DNA of 64,000 bases from Monocercomonoides exilis PA203 (taxonomy: Eukaryota; Protista; Preaxostyla), in the NCBI GenBank assembly GCA_001643675.2, contig LSRY02000011.1:558001-622000 (forward strand), written 5' to 3'. Numbering within the stretch: position 1 is the first letter of the stretch; every line of letters starts with the position of its first letter. Positions 11,751 through 21,936 of this stretch are shown here, piece after piece. A program made the translations under genes and the position numbers. The notes under the pieces are model-generated. The model was not told the origin of the DNA. It did not search any database and saw only the letters and a program-made list of their open reading frames with translations.

Positions 11751-13571
11751 TCATGCTCCGCTTTTCCTTTCTTGAAGTTCTTCTTCATGGAAAGCTGTTG
11801 ATGTTTCTTTTGTTATTTTATCGTTAACTATTTGATGTGTTTGTGCCATCTCTTTCGCTTCGTCAGCTCTCCTCTTGACTATTTGAACTCTTCTTTCAAC
11901 TGGTAGCATTGACAGGATATTTCTATTTAACTCTGATAGCAAATTTGCCATCCATGAAACTGATATTGAAGGGATACCTACAAAAGAACCAGATGAATTT
12001 GAATCACTAGATGATGTTGGTAGAGGTATTGCATCCTTTGTGGTATATCTTTGTGTTACATCATAAATCCCTTCAATTGATACTCCAATTACTCTTGTCA
12101 CTTGCTTTCCCCATCCCGTCTCATAAAGCAATGGCCTGTTAGTTAATCCTTCACAACTGTCAAAGCAAATGTAGCGTGGTTTATTTGAAAAAGGTGAAGT
12201 GTTATTTTTTTCATTTGAAGAAGAAGAGGAAGATGGTTGGGTAGATGAAGAAGCAGCTTCATCGCTGTCTTCTTGATATTCTCCGTGTTCGTCGTAGACC
12301 TCTGTCCACACATGATCCCCTTTTTCTGGTGAAACGTCAACCACAATTCGCGTATGAAATCCCAACGATCTGCATAGAAGAGTAAACACATTCGCAAACT
12401 CTCCACATCTCCCTTTGCGTGTTTCTAGCAGTTTTATTGGATTGTTGTAGCGAAAGAAAAGAGTGCTGTGCGTGCAAACTGGGCAGTAAAATGTCTCGAC
12501 TTTTGAACACATATCTTGTGGATCTGTTTCTGTTCCATCAGTTGACCGATAACCCTTGCTTATTGCAGATGATCCGCATCGCTCGCATTCAATGGAATTA
12601 AATTTAACAAATGTAAAGAAATTTTTAAAAGCAGAGCAAAGCTTGGGTAACACATTAAATGGTGGAGGTTTTGATGGAGGAACCATTGAATCTATTCCAA
12701 GAGAAGTAAGTTCAGGGAGTATTTCTATGGCAAGCGCCCGAGCAGAAGATTGTGCCTCAGGAAATTCATGAAGTTGCACTAACTGATACAAATGTTGAAT
12801 TTCGGATGAAGTTGAGCTTACGTATTGTTTATTTGTAAAAATTGGAGAAAGTTGTGCTGATGGTTGAGCATGTGATGCTGATGAATCCATTTGGGGCATT
12901 TGTTGAGAATTCGATGGATTTGATGGCTGCTGTGTAATGTTTGTTGTTGAAGAAGAGTTCGCTGCTGGGGAACGGGTAACTGGGGCTCGTTCTTGATTTT
13001 TTGATGATTCTTTGTTTGAATAGTCCAATGCCCAATTTAAATGCGCATTTGCCACCGGAGGAGCAGCTGGCATTTCTGACTTTTCAGCGGCTGGTGTTTT
13101 TTTTATTGAGTTCAATTTAATTCCATTTGGATATTGTTCAGATATCCGTTTTTTGTTCTGTTCATCAAGCCGTTTTTGGGTCTCTCTTGCGAAACGTTTT
13201 TGTCTTTCGATACTTTTTTCTATTTCAGATTTAGTTTTAACTGGTTTTTTACTTGATTGGGAAGGAGATGGCGTTGAGTTATATTTTGGTGTAACATTTT
13301 GGTATTTTGACCTCAAAATATCTGTTATTGGATTCGGTTCACCTTTGATATCTTCATTTTTAGAGGATGATTCAGATTTAGCAATACTACTTTTTTTAGT
13401 TACTGAAGACGAGCTTGCTTTTTGCTCCTTTGAATTTGTTTGAACATCTTCAATCCGCTTTTTGACTGCATGAGACTTATATCTTCGCCTTTGCATAAAT
13501 TTTCGAATAACCCGATTAAATGTGTAATATGAAATTAAGCTAATAAATAGTAAAGCCCACAGTGGGTGCAT
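11751..13571 (-). CDS. PNG1: Peptide:N-glycanase (PNG1/NGLY1 family, transglutaminase-like fold)
   Basis: Zn-binding CERC and CPVC; RYNNPIKLLETRKGRCGEFAN (catalytic Cys), DHVWTEVY (His), FDSCEG (Asp), PLLYETGWGK and C-terminal ELQERKSG all match PNGase signature motifs. Confidence 0.93.
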   Translation of the reverse strand: MHPLWALLFISLISYYTFNRVIRKFMQRRRYKSHAVKKRIEDVQTNSKEQKASSSSVTKKSSIAKSESSSKNEDIKGEPNPITDILRSKYQNVTPKYNSTPSPSQSSKKPVKTKSEIEKSIERQKRFARETQKRLDEQNKKRISEQYPNGIKLNSIKKTPAAEKSEMPAAPPVANAHLNWALDYSNKESSKNQERAPVTRSPAANSSSTTNITQQPSNPSNSQQMPQMDSSASHAQPSAQLSPIFTNKQYVSSTSSEIQHLYQLVQLHEFPEAQSSARALAIEILPELTSLGIDSMVPPSKPPPFNVLPKLCSAFKNFFTFVKFNSIECERCGSSAISKGYRSTDGTETDPQDMCSKVETFYCPVCTHSTLFFRYNNPIKLLETRKGRCGEFANVFTLLCRSLGFHTRIVVDVSPEKGDHVWTEVYDEHGEYQEDSDEAASSSTQPSSSSSSNEKNNTSPFSNKPRYICFDSCEGLTNRPLLYETGWGKQVTRVIGVSIEGIYDVTQRYTTKDAIPLPTSSSDSNSSGSFVGIPSISVSWMANLLSELNRNILSMLPVERRVQIVKRRADEAKEMAQTHQIVNDKITKETSTAFHEEELQERKSGA

Positions 13572-14029
13572 TGATTGAGAAATTCTTCTAAAAAAATAAT
13601 TATAAGCATGATCAATAAAATATCAGATTAAAAAAAAATTCAATTATTTTATATTATGATATGATTGTTTTTCAAAACACATTTTCTTGAGATGAAACTT
13701 AAAAAATAAAAAACTTTATTGATATTACAAATATATAAGTTTGTATTTCTTTCATGAAAAAAAAATTACAAATTACAATGCATTTTGAATTTAATAATGA
13801 TATTCCTAAATGAAAAAGAACGTACAACTTATTCAAAATCAAAAATCAATCATTGATGAAGTGAACTTTTGGAAAAAGAAAAAAATTTTTATTGTTCTCA
13901 AAACACAATAACGAAGGAATAATGTCAATAATTTATCGGTGCCCATAAAATTTATCGGGACCTAAAATTTCTGGCTCTTCAGAGCACTTTTAGAAAAAAA
14001 TGAAAAAACAGGAAATTTTAAATATATTA

Positions 14030-14074
14030 TAGATTGCGCACAAAATACCGGACATCGCACAAAATACCGGACAA
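14030..14074 (+). repeat. Left TIR of the pogo-like element, with two tandem CGCACAAAATACCGGACA units
   Basis: Exact reverse complement of 20112-20156. Confidence 0.95.
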
Positions 14075-15149
14075 CATTAACTATAAAGGGAGAATTGAAA
14101 TTTTGTTATAACGTCAAATAAACAACATCTTTTCTTATTATGCAATTAAATTTTGGAAGTTTTTTCCGATTATTTCAATAACTTTCTTAATAATAACCCA
14201 TTAAATTATTGATGATTTGTAGTTATTTCTATTCAATCACATTTTTGTTTTAATTGTTATTTGAATAAAACGTTCAAAGGTGAAAAATTCACTGATTCAC
14301 AAACAAACAAACATATGAACATATGAACAGATATATTTATTTCCTATTAAAAGAATGAAGTGATTAATAAAATTACACATTCACACGCAAATAAAAATAT
14401 AACACAAATTTCCTCAAATATAAATGAATTTCGATATTTTTCTTTTTCATTAAATCAACAATAATCACAAAATAACACAAAAAATTCATTAACAAGTTAT
14501 GAATGTGAATATTTTAAAAAATTAAAAGGATTTCTAAAAAAAACAACGAAATCAAGAAATCGAGCAAAACAACTGTTTGTTAAAATCAAAAAACGTTGTG
14601 ATCTCATGAAAATTGATAAAGATCGGCGGTTAAAAACAGCTATTATAAAAGAAAAAAACAAGTGAAATAATTAGGAAACATTTTTGTGTGAATGAAGTTA
14701 ACAAAAAAAAAAAAAATGATTCAATACCAAGTTTTACAATAAGCAGAAGCAATCCCCTCAAGAAAATGACTGTGAAAAGATAATAGCAACAATATTGTTA
14801 ATAAGAAATGGATTTAAAGCAAAGAAATCAATATAACAAACCTTTTATTTGATCGTTTGATTTTTCTTGATCATTGTTGCGTCTATTAAGAAATGAAAGA
14901 AAGAAATGATCTTCGTGATATATTTTGATCAATACCATTATTTGAGATACAAAATGTATAATAAATATTTTGAAAAATGCTTGTTAAAAAAGTCTTTTTC
15001 TGATAGATTGACAAATTAACTTGTGAAAGAATTGATCGTTTGTGTTTTTATGTTGTGAAGAAAAGATTTTTGATGTTTTTAGCCATCATAAACGGATAGT
15101 CTTCGCAAAACTTATGAAATCATCATCATCCAACCAATCAATCCACAAT

Positions 15150-15990
15150 CATTTTTTTTGTTGACATATCGCTTGATTCTTCATTACACTTCATTTCATC
15201 CTTCATTCACACTTCTAGATAAAAGATAATATGAAAACATCAGACAGTTGATTTCTTATCAAAAATTGTTCCAAACTCCAGTTCAACCAATATTACTATC
15301 GATTTGATCAAAAGAAAAAAAAAGCATTTGTGCTTTTCATTCCACCATCAACATATATCTCACACTTCATCATGAACGGCTTGTGATTTTTCATGATTGA
15401 TTCTTAAACCGATGCGATTGTTATGTTAAAACTCGATGAAATAACAATCCCAATGAACTTCTTTTCTGCAATCGATGTTGATTTCATAGCACATTCTTCT
15501 TCAGTGCCACTCACTTCCCTTTGGCATTCAATCTGCACAATTGTCTCAGTTTTTGCCTTTATACACATTCCGCCAACGTCCACGCATCCAGAAATATTCG
15601 ATTTTTCACACAGAATTATTTCATCTTTAACATTCAGCGTTTTCTTCAAATGACCCATTCCGTTGTTCACATTCTTACAAGGTGCCTTTTCTAATCCACA
15701 ATATTCATTATCCACTCCAGATATTCCATCCACAAACACTGAGTCAGCAAAGTTTCCATCGAGAAATATGAATAAATCGAAATCCCAATCACCGAATGCT
15801 TCTGTTCTATCATGTCCAACAACCGAGTTGTCTTTCTGAGTGATGTTTCCCATGAAGGCGAACAAGGGTTCCTTCACAAAACCGACAAATGATTCACACA
15901 CTAAATACATATCTCTTCCGACGCTTGCATTGTCGGCTGAGAACTTCACAAAAGTGAGATAAAAGATGCGGCTGAAGCTCCTGATGCTTT
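15150..15990 (-). pseudogene. Fragment of the GGAI/Cys-module surface-protein family carried inside the transposon
   Basis: FSADNASVGRDMYLVC and VFVDGISGVDNEYCGLEKAPCKNVNNG parallel FFENIAFSGKDVFIYC and IYVKKGGAEDSMCGTFAMPCGSLDVG in the 38163-44468 protein. No start or signal peptide; degenerates after 15404. Boundaries approximate. Confidence 0.7.
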
Positions 15991-16020
15991 ATAGTTCTTG
16001 ATTGAAATTTTTTCTATTTT

Positions 16021-16057
<37 letters not shown>

Positions 16058-16999
16058 GTTTTGAAAAAAAAAACCGTACATTCTTTTATTTTTTCTTGTT
16101 TACCAGATATTTTCTAACATCTCAGACAAAAGAAATAGCGAATTATTTCATGTGTGACGTTCAATTTTAAAATACGACAATTCAAAGGTTAAAATTGTAA
16201 CAAAATTGTAAGTCCGTCAATTGTTTTCAAAAAATGAGGTTTTTTTCTCCTTTTTTTCTTTTCAAAGACAATTGGTTAATAGAATTGAATCAATGATCAT
16301 TATTTGAAAATAATGAGAGGATGAAGATTATTTGAAAAGAAATTGCACTTTTGAAGATAAAAGCATTAATATTGATATTGCAAATATGGAAAAAAATATT
16401 AGAAAAAGAAAAGGAAAAATCTTAAAGCTCAAAAAGTGGCTTTGCTTGTTTTGAATGTGTGGTGTGGAAGATAAAATTCATCAACAATTTCAATACAGAT
16501 ACAAATAGTCCTCATTTGTAAAATAGTTACAAAAAATATATTCTCAAATGAAGTTATTAGTAGATATCACCTTGTTCAATTAATACAAATGAATAAATTA
16601 ATACACAGAAAGATTCTCTGTTTCATTTATTTAATCATCTGCAAGTTTCTGATAACTGCTACGACAGAATGACATGTTAATACTGATAGAGATGGATGTT
16701 TATTGCGAAATAAAATCATTAATCGTTGACTCTGCTTATGTTTCATCATCAGCAATTGTTTGAGAGAGTGTATTTTCTATAATGCTGATCGTTTCTTCAT
16801 ATTTGTTTGCTTTTCTTCATTTTTTCACTTTGTTAATAAAATATTAACATAAATGTTCTTCCATATTGTTTAACCTTTTCAGAAGCCATGTTTTTCAATT
16901 ATTTTCCTTGTTTGCAAATTCCATTTCATATCTCCAATTCGATGTTTCGTTTGAAATAAGATTTCATTTAATGAAGAATATGAAATGAATTACGTACCC

Positions 17000-17560
17000 C
17001 TCGCCCAAATGAAATAATACTAACAGCAAATATATTTGCCTCTTTATTAAGCTGTTGAACTTGTCATTATGTTATCGATGAACAGGCAATCATCAATCAA
17101 AATGAGATTTGGCTTTTCTTGAGGAGGCAAATTGAATGAAATAACATCAGCAGAATTTCCACCAGTATTTTCGATGCACCTGCATTTGGAAAACAGGAAT
17201 TGACCATTTGTTGAAATAGTTTGAAGCGCAAAATACCAACCAGTTCCACACCAGTTTGTTATTGAACAACTTTCCACTCTGTTTTCAGAAAATGAATAAA
17301 CAGCAGATGATTGTCTTCCATCAATACAAATTGCTCCTCCATGAGGAGCAGAACAGTTTGTGAAATTGGATTTTGAAATATTCTCATTTTGCAAACAGTA
17401 ACTGTATAACGCTCCACCAGCATAATCGCCTGTGATCGAACAATTGTTGAATGAACAGAAATTAATAGATAGATGAGCATTTGTACAAGAAGCATAAAGC
17501 GCTCCTCCATGGCTAGTTCCACCATTTGAATTTTCACATTCGCCTCATGGAAGTGAAGAC
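17000..17560 (-). pseudogene. N-terminal GGA-repeat fragment of the same surface-protein family, inside the transposon
   Basis: Extending ORF 17047..17394 upstream gives ECENSNGGTSHGGALYASC...CSFNNCSITGDYAGGALYSYC...SNFTNCSAPHGGAICI, paralleling WDGCSSTKGGGIFC...SSFVSCKATSSRGGGIYA in the 38163 protein. Bounded by in-frame stops. Confidence 0.72.
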
Positions 17561-17989
17561 TGTTTGCAACAAATAAAACCAGTCTTCGAGGAGTTATTCT
17601 AATTGTTTCACTTCCGATATATGCGATAGGATTAATGATAAACAGATTGTGTGGAGGTGCAAAAGTGGTATTAACTTTAAAGTATATGATATCGACTGTT
17701 TTAAAAAGGAGTATTGATCAAAAAATGTTGACGAATAATGATTAAAGAAACAAATGATTGTTAGAATGATCATATCAAAAAAAAAAAAAAAAAGAAAGAA
17801 AGAACATATTTTAAACATTGTCTTATCAGATAAAGAGTGAAAATATTTATTATCAGATATCTTATTCGTCAAACTCGTAATAATGAAATGAGCGTGTTAA
17901 AAATTGTGAAAAAATGATTGAGATATTAATTTGATCAATTTAACATTTAATACTTTCATCATTGTGAAGATAATATCCAATTGGAAAGT

Positions 17990-19933
17990 TTATTTTTCAA
18001 AAGAAGAAGATGAATACTCTATCGAAGAATCTTCGCTATTCTCTGTGGTTGTGCTATCATGAAATGTGCTTGCCTCTGTGAATGAATCTTCATATAAATA
18101 CATGTCAATTCTTTTTTGAGTTTTGACAGATCTTGTTCGTCGAAATTGATTTATTTCTTTTGCACTCTCAGAATCACTTCCTGACTTCTTGCAACGTTTG
18201 GCTTTCAATCGTTTTGTTTTTCTATCAGTGGGATCACCTACCTTTTTTCTCTTCACACGAAAATAACATTCATCTTCATCGTCTTCCTGTGATGTATCTT
18301 TATCTTTTTCTTTTTTTGATGAATGTTTTCTTTTTTTAGTTTTCGCTAAATCTTCCTCGCGTTTTTTTATCTTGTCTCTCTTTTTCATCAACATTTCGAC
18401 AACATACGATGGATGATCATTTATCCATTCCTTCCAATATTTCATTTCTTCATCCTTTTCTTCATCCTTTTCTTCTTCCTTTTCTTCTTCCTTTTCTTCT
18501 TCCTTTTCTTCTTCTTTCTTTTCTTCTTTTTCATCTCCTTTTTCATCTTCCTTATTATCTTCCTTTTCTTTATCCTGTTTCTTGATCTCTTCTTTTTCAT
18601 CTTTTTGATCATTAATTGACTGAGATGGATTTTCATCCTTTGACATTATTTCTATATGTTGAGCCATTCGAAACTGATCCACTATAACTTTTTGCTTTCC
18701 ATCTTCATTTTTCAATATGATGCCTGCTCTGCGAAATGCAGATCTGTTTGTGAATGGAATTGTACATAATTGATAGCTTTTAACAATACCGGCAAGGACA
18801 TGTGCCTGCTGCCTTGATGGGAATAATGATCGTAACTTTTTTAAATTATTTTTCAGATTTGAGAATGTGACCAAATCCAACGGTGAAAATAAATGTGAAG
18901 AATGTGGCGGAATAAAAATAATACATATCTTGTTTAATTCCATTACACGAAGAGCTTCGTCGCTTGAATGTGCTTTAAAGCCGTCTGCAATAAGAACCGT
19001 TTTTTTGTTTGCTTCATCCTTCATCCTATTAATATGTGGAATAAAACAAATATTAAGCCACTCCAAAAAGATCTGTGAAGTACAATAACCCTTGGATGAG
19101 TTTTTGATGACTACATCCACTCCATCAAGCAAATCTCCAAATATAATAGATTGAACAGTAGCAGTTTTAATTATTAGCATGGGAACAACTGAAGGACCAA
19201 TAAGAGGAATACACCCAATCAAAGAAACAAGTTTTCCATCTCTAACAACTGTATATGAAACATTCTTATCATCCACTTCTTTTGGGCAAATGACTTTCAT
19301 TTTTTTTGCGTCTACGTATTCTTGAATGCCAGTTTCATCAACGCAAAAAACAAATTGTGGTTCCACATTTTCTAAAATTTTTTCTAATTTATTAACATAC
19401 TCTCGACCAAACGATTGCTTCACTTCTTTTCTTTTTATTTCCATTGGCTTTGCAAGCCTTTTTTTTATTTTGTCATTGTAATTCAACAGAAACTTACGAA
19501 CGAAAGAGTAGGAAATGCTTAAATTGTAAGTTGAATTGATATAGGTTTGTAATGAGGAAATAGTGAATGGACATCCTTTGTAATATTTTTCAATACAAAG
19601 CTTTACCAATTCCTCCTCCTTTTCTTTTGATATTGCACTTGGCCTTCCTCTTTCTTTTAGCTCTTTGTTTGCCATTTTTATTAATTCATCTATTCTTGAT
19701 TTTTTGAAATTAACAAACAACTGCAATCCTCTCGATGATGAGTATTTCGGATAATAACGAGTGAGTAGCTCTTGTAAATATTTCAACATGATAGGTACAT
19801 TTTCTGGATTAAGAGATTCCAATTCATTGAATATAATTATTGCAGTATCGTAATCGATATTTTCAGTCAGTTTTTCCAAAAGCTTTGATTTTTGCAACAA
19901 TGAACTTCCATTTTCAAACGTGTCTTCCTCCAT
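17990..19933 (-). CDS. pogo-family DDE transposase (CENP-B-type HTH plus DDE_1 domain, DD35D)
   Basis: RGRPSAISKEKEEELV...SYSFVRKFL (HTH); VFCVDETG (D1), VLIADGFKAH (D2), IPPHSSHLFSPLD (D3) with 35 residues between D2 and D3. Uninterrupted ORF from ATG 19933. Confidence 0.92.
   Translation of the reverse strand: MEEDTFENGSSLLQKSKLLEKLTENIDYDTAIIIFNELESLNPENVPIMLKYLQELLTRYYPKYSSSRGLQLFVNFKKSRIDELIKMANKELKERGRPSAISKEKEEELVKLCIEKYYKGCPFTISSLQTYINSTYNLSISYSFVRKFLLNYNDKIKKRLAKPMEIKRKEVKQSFGREYVNKLEKILENVEPQFVFCVDETGIQEYVDAKKMKVICPKEVDDKNVSYTVVRDGKLVSLIGCIPLIGPSVVPMLIIKTATVQSIIFGDLLDGVDVVIKNSSKGYCTSQIFLEWLNICFIPHINRMKDEANKKTVLIADGFKAHSSDEALRVMELNKICIIFIPPHSSHLFSPLDLVTFSNLKNNLKKLRSLFPSRQQAHVLAGIVKSYQLCTIPFTNRSAFRRAGIILKNEDGKQKVIVDQFRMAQHIEIMSKDENPSQSINDQKDEKEEIKKQDKEKEDNKEDEKGDEKEEKKEEEKEEEKEEEKEEEKDEEKDEEMKYWKEWINDHPSYVVEMLMKKRDKIKKREEDLAKTKKRKHSSKKEKDKDTSQEDDEDECYFRVKRKKVGDPTDRKTKRLKAKRCKKSGSDSESAKEINQFRRTRSVKTQKRIDMYLYEDSFTEASTFHDSTTTENSEDSSIEYSSSSFEK
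18452..18512 (-). repeat. 12-bp tandem repeat encoding (EEEK/DEEK)n in the transposase tail
   Basis: Repeated TTCTTCCTTTTC/TTCATCCTTTTC units on the + strand. Confidence 0.8.
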
Positions 19934-20111
19934 TGACAATTTTTTGTAAGTTTTTTTGATCTAATGGGATAAATATACACAAATTATATATTTTTTGATA
20001 TATAAGAAAGAGTCAAATTTTGAATTCAATGTTATTTATTTTATCTTTTTATCAAATAAATATTTCAGTTCTATTAAAACCAAAAAATAGAACAACCCAT
20101 TAATTTATATT

Positions 20112-20156
20112 TTGTCCGGTATTTTGTGCGATGTCCGGTATTTTGTGCGCAATCTA
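20112..20156 (-). repeat. Right TIR of the pogo-like element
   Basis: Exact reverse complement of 14030-14074. Confidence 0.95.
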
Positions 20157-21141
20157 TATTATATGCTATTCCTGTAAATATTTTTTTGTTTTTTTTTTTT
20201 TTTTTTTGATTTTCGTGAAAAGATCTGGTGTTTTTTGTTTTATTTTTAAGATCAAAGACTTGCTTATATTTTCACGAGCTTTTTGTTTTGATATTTTTAA
20301 GTGTTGTTATTGTTATTGAACATAACTTCTTTATAATTTTGGTTATTTTTCATTGTTTAACACTTTATTTTCTTTTTTCTTTTTCCATTTCACTAAATTT
20401 CACTCAATTTCGACATATTGAAAAATTCATTTGAAGAATGAAGACTTATCGTTTATCAAAAGGGTGAATGTATAAATTTTCAACAAATAAAGATATGCTA
20501 AAGGAATAAAATCTGTATATTTTTATGATCGTGATTACAATACTAAAACACTTGTTTTTGCGTTTTTTCACTTCAATTGCTTTAAATCATATTGTTTTAT
20601 TTCAAAATTTTCGTGATGATCATTTCAATCCTTTTTGCAACTATTTTTGAATATTAAAAAACAAAGCAACTCAAAAATCACAACAAAATCTTCCATTTGT
20701 CGAAATTTAGTGAAATGGAAAAAGAAAAAAGAAAATAAAGTGTTAAACAATGAAAAATAACCAAAATTATAAAGAAGTTATGTTCAATAACAATAACAAC
20801 ACTTAAAAATATCAAAACAAAAAGCTCGTGAAAATATAAGCAAGTCTTTGATCTTAAAAATAAAACAAAAAACACCAGATCTTTTCACGAAAATCAAAAA
20901 AAAAAAAAAAAAAAAAAAAAAATATTTACAGGAATAGCATATAATAACATATTTAAAATTTCCTGTTTTTTCATTTTTTTCTAAAAGTGCTCTGAAGAGC
21001 CAGATAATTTAGGGACCGATTAAAAAAAGTGGACATGACAAATAACTCAACCTAATTATGTTTTCAAGATAATCAGTTTAATAAACTTTATTAACATATT
21101 GAACTGACTTGAAATGTGTTTATTTCTCACATAAAAAACAT

Positions 21142-21420
21142 ATGGGGGAAAATACGGACTTTCAAGCTTTTTTTGCACAAAGCATGAAAAAATTGCTTCA
21201 CTTAGACCATTTTTTGACTAAACCAGACTTCAAAAACAATTTGATTTTCATATTTGCAAGCAAATATCATTGATGAAATAAAAAGATGTTTTGTGACATC
21301 ACATGTATTTCAAAAAATAAACCCATTTTTTTCTAATTTTTTTTGATCACAAAAAATCAATGAAAAGTGCATAATTTTTCAATGAAAATGACTGAAGTCA
21401 AATATTTTGTCCCATTTCAA
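21142..21420 (+). repeat. Dispersed repeat copy 1 (starts ATGGGGGAAAATACGGACTTTCAAGC)
   Basis: Aligns by eye with 60966-61235, with several shared 15-30-nt blocks. Confidence 0.8.
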
Positions 21421-21558
21421 AAATAAAAGACTTTTCTTCGAAGAAAAACAAAACGAAGTCAAAATAATCACGAGAATGATATTCATTGGTTTTGATTAAT
21501 AATGACAAACAAGAAATACATAAAAAATATATCAACAATTTATATGAATTGGGAAATA

Positions 21559-21936
21559 CAGATATCGAATAAAAGAATGGACATCGCACAAAATACTGGA
21601 CAGAATCGATTTCACAATAACTGCAAGAGGAATAATTCTGACAATTTTCCTCAAAATATATCTCATCAATACAAACTCATCTGGCATACAAAACTTTCAA
21701 AATGGCTTCATTTGTGCTCAGAAAAAAAATGTTATTTAATTCTCGGTGAAACAGGATTTTGAGTTTCTCCGAAATTTTAAAAATAATTTTCTTTGAGAAC
21801 AAATGAAGCCATTTTGAAAGTTTTGTATGCCAGATGAGTTTGTATTGATGAGATATATTTTGAGGAAAATTATCAGAATTATTCCTCTTGCAGTTATTGT
21901 GAAATCGATCTTGTCCAGTATTTTGTGCGATATCTG
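21559..21936. mobile_element. 378-bp palindromic MITE related to the pogo-like element
   Basis: TA|CAGATATCG...CGATATCTG|TA termini, ~140-160-bp inverted arms, and ATCGCACAAAATACTGGACA, one mismatch from the pogo TIR unit. Confidence 0.85.

Larger units (their letters stand above)
14030..20156 (-). mobile_element. pogo/Fot1-like (Tc1/mariner-pogo group) DNA transposon, 6127 bp, with transposase and passenger DNA
   Basis: Perfect 45-bp TIRs TAGATTGCGCACAAAATACCGGACATCGCACAAAATACCGGACAA (14030-14074 and 20112-20156), TA duplication (14028-29 and 20157-58), and an internal DDE transposase. Confidence 0.93.
13954..21020. mobile_element. Foldback/MITE-like element (~940 bp when reconstructed) with ~320-bp inverted arms; left arm split by the pogo insertion
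   Basis: 13954-14029 plus 20159-20401 is the reverse complement of 20702-21020. The mirror ORFs 20228(+) and 20678(-) translate identically over the arm. Outer termini and TSD are not resolved. Confidence 0.8.

Noticed and set aside
14037-14074. Short direct repeats as a possible CRISPR-like array
   Set aside because: Only two adjacent units with no spacers, inside a TIR, in eukaryotic context.
16024-16057. Long T tract as the poly(A) tail of retro-captured cargo
   Set aside because: Similar homopolymers occur throughout the intergenic DNA, and no TSD or clear 3' end is associated with it.
20228-20875. Two short ORFs with identical translations on opposite strands
   Set aside because: They result from the foldback's inverted arms and are not genes.
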